A stretch of 62,161 nt of DNA, filler included, from Syncephalis fuscata S228 (lineage: Eukaryota; Fungi; Zoopagomycota): NCBI GenBank assembly GCA_025786725.1. It is 4 parts of 4 records of this genome, joined end to end, with 100 filler letters (N's around TTAATTAATTAA, not from the genome) between each part and the next. Parts side by side here need not be neighbours in the genome. Positions count along the whole stretch, not along the records: positions 1 to 28,601 come from JAHLTZ010000098.1; positions 28,702 to 47,920 come from JAHLTZ010000176.1; 2 more parts are not named here. One strand, written 5' to 3'. Every line of letters begins with the position of its first letter. Within the stretch, counting starts at the first letter, position 1. The position numbers and the translations under genes were made by a program. Under the pieces are notes generated by a model. It ran no database searches. It saw nothing but the letters and a program-made list of their open reading frames with translations, and was not told the DNA's origin. Shown here one piece after another: positions 24,651 through 37,693 of this stretch.

Positions 24651-27600
24651 ATGGACGGCAACACGACACCGCCCATCAACGAACTTGGTCATTTTTCAAA
24701 CTTTTTGATATTTTGTATTATTACAGTAGTAATAGTCGTGCTTTATCTTTTCTTTTTCAATCGTCTTGTTGCATTCCTACTGTCGTACTTTTTACGCTTA
24801 TATATATGGCGTAAACATAGGGCCTACATAAGTATCGGTAAGTGTAGACACATTTAGCTATTCAGTAATGTATAAATGTGTTTTGAATAGAATCGATACA
24901 GTTTGGTATATTAGCGGGACGTATTCTATTTAAGAACATCCACTATGTTGGTGAAAATATGTCACTGTCCATCCTCCAGGGGCATGTGACATTTAGATAT
25001 TGGTTAAAGGCTGTACGTGGTCATACTGCCACCACTAACATGGATCCGCCTACAAGCCAAGTTGGTATGTGATTTATTTGATGCAATTAGCGATGTTATT
25101 AATAGTATCGATTTAATAGATGAAGATTTGCCGTGTCGTATTATTTGCATCCTTGAGGGTGTAGAAGTATTTATATACAATAATACAGAAACGTATAGAG
25201 ATGCCAAAAGGCAATTGGATCCTGAACAAGAGCCGGAAGAGCGAACATCCGAGAGAACACCTACTCAGTCGTCACGTAATCAATATTATATGATGGTTAT
25301 TCAATGTTTAATAGCTGCTTTAATTAGGTGAAACGGAGCTGGATAAGATTAGGAAATATCTTGATTCATCTATATTTTTGAAATTACTGCCAATACAGAT
25401 TGATTGTCGGGTTGGCGCTATTGTTATTGGCAATTCACGTTTAGAAAGTTTGTTAACTATTGAATTTTCTGAAGGCGGTGGTGTTTATACGGCAACACGG
25501 GTAAATAGTCTATTAATTATCGAATAGTTTATATAACATATTACTATTATTACTGTTACTGTTATAGGCCAAATCACTACTTGATTACTACCAAAGTCAA
25601 TTGTTTATGAAATTAGGTCGAGTCCGTGTATCACTAAGAGAACATGCTGATTATGGCCAAATTGATAAAACATGGCGTAATTATACGAATATGGCTAGAC
25701 AAAAGTATTTGTAATTATCAACCACACACTTGATATTGATAGGCTATTTATTGTTTAGACGTGGATGGTTCCAACGTTGGTGTCTGTGCAACTCAATAGA
25801 GGCCACCGAAGAAGATACGTCAGAATATGAAATGACACCTAATCTTAAGCAATATCCTTTTTATGCGTATAATAGTGATAGCAATAGATCAATTAGATTA
25901 GATTAGTTCTTGACTTTAGATTACCGCTGCCTATGATTCGTTAACTAATAAGGAAATGCAATACGCTGCAGTGGCAGATGTTCTAGAATGCAGTCAATTA
26001 GATATTCTTTATTATTCCGATGTGGTTGGTAAATATGATGACTATTTGGCTATTTGAACGTTATAATATTTATACTCTATGGTATACTATAGGAACGGTG
26101 CCACCATTGGACCAGCATTTATCGATAGAGAATGACAAGATTGGTAATGGAGATATAGCACCAGAATGGGGATTACAACTAGCAATAACCAATAGTCTTA
26201 TACAATATGGGCCATGGGCCGATAACCAAAGGTAGAATATAATAGATGTACATTATAGTAGCCATTAATTATTAATTACCCATGAAGAGGACAACTACAA
26301 GACTTTTTCTATCCGGCCATCTACCGTAATCAACGCGTACACCATTTCTACAGCATAATGATCCACGTATGCATACGGCATTTAATTTAAATATCCAATT
26401 TATGGGCGATACCAATTTCCGTATTCCAACTAGAGAGCCATCAAAGGTAAGTAATGTCTACCATCTAGTAAATATTGCTTAATGGTGGCGGCTATAGGAC
26501 TGGTTACATGTATCTGAGCCTCGTCAATCACCAACTCATCCGCGAGGTGCAGCAGCCGCACGACCCTATGGCTGGTTAGATCTACAAATGGCCCCTGATG
26601 TCATCGTTATCGGTTGTGGTACCGTCCATTGTTGATGATATAGGCTATACAACAAAAGTAGAGTTGTATATGCGTAATGTAGATATTACGACAAGTGTTG
26701 ACTATGCTTCACTACTACTAGCCTCAGAGTGTCGAGTAAGTTTTATTTATTTGTTATGATAGTTATAGTAATATATATATATTATACTTATGTTTATGTC
26801 TATTAGTTTGTAGGCTATATGGAATCACCGCGTATATGGAATGCCAAACGACTATGGACTTATTCAGTATCGGTGAATAAGCCAGAAATATTTCTGTTAC
26901 GTGACCATATCACTTTAGTGGTGGATTTAATCAATGACTGGACGGCAGGCCCTCCTGCTGATATGGCCCACTTTATACCGATGGCCTATGAGTATCACAT
27001 TAGTTTAAGTGATTTGAAACTTCGTATGTGTGTCAATGAACACAATGTGATTAATCAAACCAATGATTTTGACGAGAATGGTAAGAGAAAATGTGTAACT
27101 TGCTAATAGAATGTTACTAATTTTAATGCTAGCATTTATTACACTTTCGACACCCATTTTTGCATTGGAGTTTAAAAGTCAATTCTTTGATTATTTACCA
27201 CAAGAAGTATCGATGCCATTTCAAATTAAGGTAGGATTAATATAACTATTATACTTTTATTAAATATTACTATTGAACACTAGGTGGCTGATGCTGGATT
27301 ATCAATGGATTTGCCATCATTAGATACAAATGGTGCATTTTTAAGCGAAGAGGCTCGTCATTGCTTATCTGTGGGCATTCTAGAACTAGGTGGCTCATTT
27401 GAATATCATCCACAAGTTGATGTCGATCATGTAGATTGTTTAACATTACGTATTAAAGTAAGCTATTATTATTATTGTTATCCATTATTACCCATTACTA
27501 ATTAATTGTTAATTATTTAGGTGGATGATGTTACTGGTCGTTTATTTGGATTTATTATTCGATATATTATTATATTGGCTGATAACTATTTTGGTGAATA

Positions 27601-28546
27601 CGTTGATTTCACTACAACTGATGACTACCGTAATGGATTAAATGATACAACATCTCGACGACTACGAGTTCGACGTCGTCAAGCATCGAAGGTTAGTATT
27701 GTATGAATATTAGTCAGATTACTTATCTAATGATAACTATAAATAGCCGGCTTCTAATCAATTTGAAGTACATGTTATTGCCGTTATTACTCGAGGGTTT
27801 CTATTTCTACCCGAAACACTGTATAGTCTTGGAGAACGGCCATTACTTTTAGAATTTGATGAACTTCAAGTTGATAATCGTAATGTTAGTTTTTATCAAG
27901 GTAAATATTCATATTACTATATGATATTTATATAATAATATGGTATTAGATTTGTTTATTTCATCAAGTCCTATCAAACTATCACGTGGATCACCGGCCA
28001 TGAGTGGTCGTCGTACACAAGCATCAGCTGCTCGTTCTATGTGGGAACGTACCGAGTGTATCTATCTAGATGGTAAGTACACATGTTGTTGTCGTCGTTA
28101 TTTTAGCGTTAATAAATGTAGAATTGAGTATTCATGGACATCGTCTATTTGGTCCAATGCCCAATACACTTACATATGTATGTCATTGGGAAATTGATCT
28201 TGGACAGTTATCGGGCCGAGTACGTCCAGCCTTGTTAGAAGCAGTTGTTTCGGCTGTTCAACGACTCGATTATCAAATGGATGACTTTGAAAATGCACTA
28301 CCTCATCAGCTTTCACCATCCGGCTATCCTGATGTTACCTTTCTACGAGTGGGTGTACGTCAAATTGATTTAACTATTTGGGGCAGTCAAGAAACGGCCA
28401 CCCAACTGCTTATATCAGAAGGCATTCGAGTAGAATTCCAGAATCTTATTGGCGAGAAGTACAGTAAGAAACGTTAGTGGCTGTACCACAAGTTATTCTA
28501 CGTAGTTTAGCAGCCACTAAATCAAATGCCAATGATCCTGCGATAG
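24651..28546 (+). CDS. CSF1: Csf1/BLTP1 (bridge-like lipid transfer protein), 5' part, truncated by the contig end
   Basis: An N-terminal TM segment is followed by LFFFNRL…Y.WR…SIQ…GRILFKNIHY…GHVTFRYW; YGPWADNQR; FRIPTREPSK; RPYGWLDL; PRIWNAKRLW; FLLRDH; HGHRLFGPMP…TYVCHWEID. Confidence 0.88.
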
Positions 28547-28601
28547 TAAGTAGATGGTGATTTATTATTTTTGTTGTTATTGTCATTACAGTAGTGTTAA
28601 T

Positions 28602-28701
28602 NNNNNNNNNNNNNNNNNNNNNNNNNNNNNNNNNNNNNNNNNNNNTTAATTAATTAANNNNNNNNNNNNNNNNNNNNNNNNNNNNNNNNNNNNNNNNNNN
28701 N
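28602..28701. other. Artificial contig linker (N-run, TTAATTAATTAA, N-run)
   Basis: The same linker, with stops in all six frames, occurs at three places. Confidence 0.97.
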
Positions 28702-31109
28702 TATCCATGTGCTATTCAAAACTGCTGTTTATTTGGCGCTAGGCCTATTGGTTGTAAAGTTTAGCTCATTCCTTTTGTATCTCTCACTGGTCCATATACA
28801 CTGTTCCATTTACTTTCCTGTCTATACACTTTAGCGTGTCTACTCGTCTTATTGCGTAGTGCTTTATTTTTAATAAATGTGTGCTGTTTATTAAAGTGGT
28901 TCACTTGTTAATCACTTTATTTATGACGTAATATGTCAATAGCGCTTAAATCAACGACTACTTTTATACAATACACGGCATGCTCAATTCAATTTGTATA
29001 CTAGCACTGAAAAGATTGAATTTGATCCAACGCTATTAAATACAGCTGATTGGCGTAAAAGCTTTGTTTCAATAATGCCATTGATGTTGGTTTAAATACG
29101 TGGCGACAGCACCATTGAAAAGCCGTATTGCTTCTGAGAAAAATGAAGCCATAATATTAATGGACTTGCACTGCTTATTGGCAATCTACAACTGAAATTG
29201 GTAGTTTGATAAGTTGTTTTAATTCATAAGTAAACAGAACAAAGTAATATGTTCCGTTGAATTAAGCATATTTAAAAGAAGGCAACAAGATTGGCACAGC
29301 TTCTTAATATTAAAGCCAATCTGATGGTGAATTGATTAAATAGTGCGATAAACGAGTCGACAGTGAAATTAGCCCATACCTTGGCAATAATCAAAACATG
29401 TATGAGTATATTTAGCATATAGATATGATAGTGATACTTTGACATAGATCATTCGATTAATGTATTGCAGACTATAGAGCATTACAAAAAGACTATTGTG
29501 CATGTACATAGCAACTGTTTTGGTACAGATCGATATTGAGCTAATACAGCTATTTAAAGTTTCCAACGATGTTATGACAAAGTTAATAGTTTTGACGCTG
29601 GAATAGTGCCAATGAACGTTATTACAGAGCGCTATATAATGAATATGTATCGATTATAACATATAAACAGCTACATTACTAACACGGATAATTGTATAAT
29701 ATATATATATAAGCATTAATAAACAATCAAGCAGCCGTCAATGGTCAGTAGTGAACATGAAAACATTAAATTACTGTTGCCATCAACGTATAGCCAGCTG
29801 TATTAGTTAGCTGGCAATGGCAACATTGTAATATTGCTCATGATTACTATAGAAATTAGCATTATTCTATTGACAAGATCGTATTGTTAATATCTATCTA
29901 AATAGTAGAAATTAATAGCAAGCGCTATTAGCAAATGGACAACTAAGCACCATGCATATTTTTAATATATATATATATAGCTGGCCAAACGCTATTAATC
30001 AATGTTGTTTACCGACTAGCTGGTTGCATAGTATTTACGGATACCTGCTGATTAGCTGTATCAACTGATTAACAATAGCCAATATAATAGTATAGCAATA
30101 TTCTGTTAAGCAATATGCTAGTAATCGCGCGTCAACACCGATAAAATATGAATATTTGATTATTTCCATAGCCGACTATAGGTTAATAGACATGTAACAT
30201 GGGTATCAGTTAATCATATGGCTACATTAGTGCTATCTGTTATTGTGTATTGCTGGTTACTGGTCGACAGTTAGTGTTGAATATACTGCGTGCATCATTG
30301 GCATGATATAGCTACCGATACTAACAGTTAGTGAGCGCTATTTATACAGCTTACTACCATTGTAAACCAATGCTATGTATTGCAGTGCAACAACTAGGAA
30401 TTGGCAAAATAGTTGCTATTTGTATTGCCAACGACAGTAGTGAGCTGTGTTTAATAAATGCCACAATTGAAGTTATTGTTGAAGATTACCGATTGTCAAT
30501 ATAAACATGTATACTAATGCTGGCTATTGAGAATTGTCATGCCAGTTGTTACTGGGTAATTGGCGACACAAGTAGTAAACCTAGTGTTGGTACTTGCCAA
30601 TTTGAAACATATCTACAAATAACATGGACAGTTAACGTCTGCTCGTTTAGCAAGTGGCAGCATAATATGCACTGTTACTAACTGATGACTATGCATAAGA
30701 TTTGCTTTTTGTATACTGGCAACAGTATGGAGTGCGCACCAATGGACAATACTATACCAATGGCTGTTATTGTTATACACTCCACTACATAATTGTATAC
30801 GGTATGTAGCCAAAATCACTATTGTCTGTATAACACATTTATAATCATTAACATTGTCAGTACTATTACTGATGACTGATAGCATCTGTATAGTTGCCAG
30901 CGGCAGTGTTACATAGCATGATCTACTAATGATGCAGGTTATACTTAGTACATACCACTACTAATACCAATAAAACAGTATATATATACTAGCCGATGTT
31001 GTATTAAAAATAATGATATAGTTAGCAAATTGGTATTGGTTACTAATAATCTACTATGATTACGTAAATTAGTGCTGTCTAGCTGTAATTGATTATTTAC
31101 TAATAATAG

Positions 31110-31622
31110 TTAATTAATTAATACACTTTTTAATTAGTATTTGTATGTATTCATATTGTCAAAGCAGTAAAGGGGAGATTATTACAGGTTTTTTTATTAA
31201 CTAAGTGATTTTTGCCAATTTTTAGTTCCATCAGTAATGTAGCTAAAAACACATAATATCATTCATTATAACTGTATAGTCTTGACGCGCCAATACATAC
31301 AAACTATGTATTTTTTTAAAAATGTGGGAAGGCGCTACAAATAAAAATAACAATATTATTATAAAAATGGCATTTTCAAGTACTTCTTTCCAGTTAGTAT
31401 CTTCCTACAATTTTTTAAAAATACATTATTTGTATGTATTGACGCGTCAAGACTATACAGTTATAATGAATGATATTATGTGTTTTTAGCTACATTACTG
31501 ATGGAACTAAAAATTGGCAAAAATCACTTGGTTAATTGAAAAAATAGTAATAGTCCTTTGTGATTTTAATAATGCAAATATGCACAAATACTAAGCAAAA
31601 AGTGTATTGATTAGTTAATTAA
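31110..31622. repeat. Long palindrome (inverted repeat) centred near 31366
   Basis: 31204-31340 is a close reverse complement of 31397-31529, near-perfect over ~31204-31300. Degenerate arms extend outward. Confidence 0.9.
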
Positions 31623-33419
31623 AACTGGCCAACATTGATTCATGTAGCAATGGCTAACCACTATTCGTTAATATACCTATATCATCATCTATTATTATTA
31701 TTGTTTATGTGTTCATGTTGTTTGACTAGCATGATTAATGGTATGAATGGTCTATTAATATTAGTAGCGTATAACTGAGATTAGAATATTGCAACCATTA
31801 ATATATAATAGATATTAACGTGTATTTTGATCACAATCGACCGCAGAGGCACTTCTATCTATTGTGCGCTCATAGTAATATTATTAACCGTTATTGTTAT
31901 GTGTTTAATAACATATACAACGACAGCTGTATATTGTTCGATTATATTGCTTGCTAATACAACAGCCAATATATGCAACTTGATAGCGCGTATTGATATT
32001 AGTCATCAGTAATGTCAGCTGGTTGCTACCAACAACGCTGCAAGACTACTAAACAGCAGCTGCTATACTTGTATTTGTTACTGGCAAATGTCTGTGTTGT
32101 TACTGCTGTGTATCATTAAATACATACATGTATGTATGTCAACTGTTTAATATAAAATTTATATTATAGTGTTGATTCCAATTGTGGTATTATGCCTATT
32201 TTAATTATAGGTATCAAAAATACGGCCATTTTCATATAGATCTTTTAAAAATTAGCGTACGCTTAAATAAATGGCTTTATATTATATTACTAATATATTA
32301 CAATTAGTTACATTTGATACTACAGCTGTGTTATTTATAAAACAATAATATAAATACTTGATTTGATTATCTTATTTGTGTTAAGTTTAATGCATTAATA
32401 TTAAACAACTTATTGGAAGTTTAGTGTGATTTAAGTTTTAAATAATTGTATTTGATGGCACTCGCGCAATATAACTACAAATTCTTTCTATTGAGCATAA
32501 AACTAGATGGTAAATTATATTAAGCATCAAAATATTTATTATCGTATTATTATAAATAGTAATAGTACATAGTGATAACGCCTTATTTAAAATTGTTTTG
32601 TCGTTTAATGCTGGCTCTACTCATTATAATTTTTATTTATTTCACATATTTTTTCATGCATATATATATACGCTATAGCGTTAATATCACTATTCATGCA
32701 CTTTATTTTATTAATGTTATAAAAACAATCAAGTATAGACAGTATAAAGCATTATGAGTGAGTAAATGGGAATGTATAGATATCAGCACTAAAGTTATAG
32801 TATGCATGACAACATGATAAACTTGAGTTAAAAATCACAATTTGTAGAGCTAGCATCAAACAAACAGCAGATTTAAATAAAACAAGGTTAAAAGTATATA
32901 ATAATATACAGCGTATACTTGACACGTTTTAAAAGCCATTACAATACATTTTAATGTTACAATACAAATATAATTAACCTAAAATCATCCATTCAATATA
33001 AATATAAAACAAAACAAATTCTATTAAGTTGAGCGTGCAGTTTATATCGAACATTGTTTTTGACAGAGATCATATTAAACTAGAATGATGCTAATATCTT
33101 AATTCTTTGTTTAAAATTAATACTTTATTTTTACCAATTAAATTAAAATTAAATAGACAATATTATAATAATATGACGATTGTGCTGATTACAATATAGA
33201 ACAATGCATTATTATTTCTAAACTACAATCTATTTCTATAAAAGCACGTTAATTATCTAAAATAATTATTGAAGTGTAAAACAATAAATTAATATAATCC
33301 TTTTTAAGCAGATAAATTTAGTAATTATAAGATTTAGTTTAAAATAAAATCGTTACAGTTTATTGCATTCAAGTCATGAGGTTAAGAGCGTAAGGTGTCG
33401 TTAGTCACTATATAGTTAT

Positions 33420-34148
33420 TTATCCACAATGCACAGAGTTACCGCTGCTTTTGCAGGTAGTACCGGCTCCACATGCCATCCAGATAAATGAGCCAAAATT
33501 GCATTGACCAAATTTGTTGCCATCACATTTAAATTCTCCAGGACTGCATGATCCACCAGCGCTAGGAGCTGGAGTGGCAGGAGCAGCTGGAACAACTGGA
33601 GCAGATGGGGCAGCTGGAGCAGGCAAAGCAGGTGCTGGAGAGTCACTCTTGGGACTGGCAGCATTGCCGCCACCGCCTCCAATTATGACATCAACACACT
33701 GTTCATATTCTTCAATAACGGTGACTTGATGAGCGGCGTGCCACATCCAGCGAATGACCTTGCGGCCGGTAATATCAGATGGAATGTTGATTGTCCATGG
33801 ACCAGACTTGCCTGGAGCGGCACAACCATCCTTGGAATCAATCTTGCGGGCATTGCCAAGGTTCTCATCGAGAATGTACACTTCGCACATGCCAATATGT
33901 TCAGCCGTGATGTCGAAACCAAGCGTAACTGTGTGGCCTACTGCGGTGACTGTACCAGCGGGTTCACCGCGGCAAACGCCTTTAAAGTTGGGGCTCTTAA
34001 GATCATCAATTAAAAACGATGCTTTTTGAATACCACGAGGTGGTGGGCTGTTCAAGTAGCCGTGAGCCGATGCGCCTGAGATAGCAGAGAGCGCAATGAC
34101 GGCGGCGGCACAGAAAGTCATACCAATAGCAGATGTAAAGCGAGTCAT
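33420..34148 (-). CDS. Secreted histidine-brace LPMO-like protein with a P/A linker and a Cys-rich CBM19-like module, paralog 1
   Basis: Signal peptide ending ASA, then mature N-terminal HGYLNSPPPRG; a second His in TAEHIG; IRWMW…EEYEQCVDV; C-terminal CSPGEFKCDGNKFGQCNFG…MACGAGTTC. Intronless. Confidence 0.8.
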   Translation of the reverse strand: MTRFTSAIGMTFCAAAVIALSAISGASAHGYLNSPPPRGIQKASFLIDDLKSPNFKGVCRGEPAGTVTAVGHTVTLGFDITAEHIGMCEVYILDENLGNARKIDSKDGCAAPGKSGPWTINIPSDITGRKVIRWMWHAAHQVTVIEEYEQCVDVIIGGGGGNAASPKSDSPAPALPAPAAPSAPVVPAAPATPAPSAGGSCSPGEFKCDGNKFGQCNFGSFIWMACGAGTTCKSSGNSVHCG

Positions 34149-35421
34149 TTTAAAAATCAAAATCTAAGTCGTTGTTTTGGTGGATTGAAAGTTGCGTAGT
34201 TAAAGGACCGGCCTTGTTGTTGGAATCTAAAAGTTGCGTAAGAGAGTGAGAAAGCGCTGTTGAGCTGTTGAGTGTAGTGAAGATTTGTTTTTTATGAACT
34301 AAACGTTGCAGTATTTATACTGAATTATTTTAAAGCAATGTTACATATTGTGTATAATATTTAAAAAAATGTTCTAAAATGCTTAAATTGTGTGTTTCAT
34401 TTTGTGAAAAACAAAGCCATTTGCCACTCCATTGTTATTGTTGCAAAGGAAATCTAGTCAACTGACTGTTTGAGCATTTTATTACATCGTCACTATATAA
34501 ATTGTGCTATTTCACATATTGCTGTGTATTTTAATGTAAATAAGATTGCTTTACCAATATTCAACTTATGTGGCTCAAGTGATTTGGTGTAAATGAGTAG
34601 ATTGACACAAAAAGTTAATATAGGAATGTATCATTATATATGAAACAATGGTCATGCTGATTGTACTTGCAAATGCTGATGCGCCATTTTAAGGCTTTAT
34701 TCACTCCCCCTTACATACATTGCAATAGACATTTAAAACGGCTTTCAACTCGTTGTTGTTGATGCCATGTTACTGGCTGTAATGCAAGCTGAAAGTTATG
34801 CAAAGCAGCAATAATAGACATGATTTTCTAAATTTATGTTTATGCATTGTTACAACGCAATCTATTGTTATAAAAATATATTGACCATTTACAGTAATGA
34901 TTGCAGTATAGAACATTCGATCATTATTGCTACATCACAGTATATCTATATAACGACATATGAGTTATTTATAGCTGTGGTGCCATATATATAGTCAACA
35001 TGATATTACAGAATCGTTAGCTAAGTATGAATTTTATTTATAAATACATACATAGTTGGCCACATCTAAAGTAAACAATTAACCAAATCTATAGCTACAT
35101 AAGTTTGCTCTAGCAAGCCTAAAATGCCAATGTCTACTGGTTGTTTAATATTTAAGATTCTATATTATAATAATATAATAATTGTGATGATTGCAATATA
35201 GAACAATGCATTATTATTTCTAGACTACAATCTATTTCTATGGAAGCACGTTAATTATCTAAAATAATTATTGAAGTGTAAAACAATAAATTAATATAAT
35301 CCTTTTTAAGCAGATAAATTTAGTAATTATAAGATTTAGTTTAAAATAAAATCGTTACAGTTTATTGCATTCAAGTCATGAGGTTAAGAGCGTAAGGTGT
35401 CATTAGTCATTGAGTAAGCAT

Positions 35422-36261
35422 TTATCCACAGTACACAGAGCTGCCGTTGGACTTACAGGCAGTACCAGGGCCACAGGCCATCCAGACAAACGATCCATGA
35501 TTGCATTGACCGAATTTGCTGCCATCACATTTAAATTGTCCAGGAGTACATGATCCACTAGCGCTGGAAATTGAAGCGACTGGAGCAGCTGAAGTAACTG
35601 AAGCAACTGGAGTAGTTGGAGTAGCTGGAACAACTGGAGTAGCTGGAGTAGCTGGAACAACTGGAGCAACTGGTGTAGCTGGGGTGACTGGTGCATCTGG
35701 CGCAGAGGCTTCCTCCACATCAATTTCCTCCACATCAATGTCCTCCACGATTTTATCTTCATTGTCGCGTCTAACACGTTTTTTGCCAGGATTAATTATG
35801 ACATCAGCGCACTGTTCATATTCTTCAATTTCGGTGACGCGATGAGAGGCGTGCCACATCCAGCGAATGATTTTGCGGCCAGTAATGTCAGATGGAATGT
35901 TAATTGTCCATGGTGCCGCAGGTTTTGTCTTGGCACATCCGTCCTTTGAAGCGATCAGGCGTGGAGTACTAAAATCTGGGTTAAGAATGTATACTTCGCA
36001 CTTGCCAATGTGTTCAGCCGTGATTTCAAATTCAAGTTTAACTCTACGGCCTACTGTGGTGACTGTACCAGCGGGTTCACCGCGGCAAACACCTTTAAAA
36101 TTGGGGCTCTTAAGATCATCAACTAAAAACGATGCTTTTTGAATACCACGGGGTAATGGCTTAGTCATGTAGCCGTGAGCCGATGTGCCTGAGATAGCAG
36201 AGAGCGCAATGACGGCGGCGGCGCAGAAAGTCATACCAATAGCGGATGTAAAACGAGTCAT
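35422..36261 (-). CDS. LPMO-like + CBM19-like protein, paralog 2
   Basis: Same architecture (HGYMTKPLPRG; TAEHIG; EEYEQCADV), with an extra KKRVRRD plus acidic linker. Confidence 0.8.
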   Translation of the reverse strand: MTRFTSAIGMTFCAAAVIALSAISGTSAHGYMTKPLPRGIQKASFLVDDLKSPNFKGVCRGEPAGTVTTVGRRVKLEFEITAEHIGKCEVYILNPDFSTPRLIASKDGCAKTKPAAPWTINIPSDITGRKIIRWMWHASHRVTEIEEYEQCADVIINPGKKRVRRDNEDKIVEDIDVEEIDVEEASAPDAPVTPATPVAPVVPATPATPVVPATPTTPVASVTSAAPVASISSASGSCTPGQFKCDGSKFGQCNHGSFVWMACGPGTACKSNGSSVYCG

Positions 36262-37693
36262 TTTTAAAAATCAAATTTGTTGTTTTAATGGGTTTAAAAG
36301 TTGCGTAGTTAAAGGACCAGCCTTGTCGTTGAAATCTAAGAGTTTGCGTAAGAGAGTGAGCGCTGTTGAGCTATTGAGTGTAGTGAAGATTTGTTTTTTA
36401 TAAACTAAATGTTGCACTATTTATACTGAATTTATTAAAATGAAAACATAAATTATTTATGGGTATTAAAGAAATGAACCGAGACCTCAAAATTGTGTGT
36501 TTCATTTTGTGAAAAACAAAGCCACACGTTACTCCATTGTTGTTGTTACAAAGGAAATCTAGTCAACTGACTGTTTGAGCATTTTATTACATCGTCACTA
36601 TATAAATTGTGCTATTTCACATATTGCTGTGTATTTTAATGTAAATAAGATTGCTTTACCAATATTCAACTTATGTGGCTCAAGTGATTTGGTGTAAATG
36701 AGTAGATTGACACAAAAAGTTAATATAGGAATGTATCATTATATATGAAACAATGGTCATGCTGATTGTACTTGCAAATGCTGATGCGCCATTTTAAGGC
36801 TTTATTCACTCCCCCTTACATACATTGCAATAGACATTTAAAACGGCTTTCAACTCGTTGTTGTTGATGCCATGTTACTGGCTGTAATGCAAGCTGAAAG
36901 TTATGCAAAGCAGCAATAATAGACATGATTTTCTAAATTTATGTTTATGCATTGTTACAACGCAATCTATTGTTATAAAAATATATTGACCATTTACAGT
37001 AATGATTGCAGTATAGAACATTCGATCATTATTGCTACATCACAGTATATCTATATAACGACATATGAGTTATTTATAGCTGTGGTGCCATATATATAGT
37101 CAACATGATATTACAGAATCGTTAGCTAAGTATGAATTTTATTTATAAATACATACATAGTTGGCCACATCTAAAGTAAACAATTAACCAAATCTATAGC
37201 TACATAAGTTTGCTCTAGCAAGCCTAAAATGCCAGTGTCTACTGGTTGTTTAATATTTAAGATTTTATATTGACCTAAATAATTATTTAATGTTTTAATT
37301 AATAAAATAATACTTTATCAAAACTAGCCAACAGCTGTTGCTAATAATATATCAATTATTTTATATTTATATATCATTATTTTTACCTATAATAAGAGAT
37401 ATTTAAACAAATAAATATCATTCTAGCGTTACTGTCTAGCACTTAAGCACACTATCATCATTGTACATGCACAGTCTTGACTATCTTTGGATAAACTTCA
37501 AAATCCGCTCAAAGTAACACGGTCGTGTAACCGAGATTGACCTGCTCGGCGATAACTTAGAAAGCTAAAAGGCGCCCATCCAACTTCCGATTCCCGCGCT
37601 ATCTTTACTTGCTTTACCTTCCCATTTGCTAGTATATTTTACATATCCATTGTTTAGTGTGTACCTTGTCATTTAAACGACTTTCTGGCCAAT

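Larger units (their letters stand above)
33165..37270. repeat. ~2.1-kb tandem duplication containing the LPMO-like gene
   Basis: 34445-35165 ≈ 36548-37270 and 33190-33410 ≈ 35190-35410 are almost identical. Confidence 0.92.

Noticed and set aside
28702-33100. A second microexon array in the AT-rich gene-free region
   Set aside because: I saw no periodic AG-NNN-GT (or AC-NNN-CT) pattern and no signal-peptide exon by eye.
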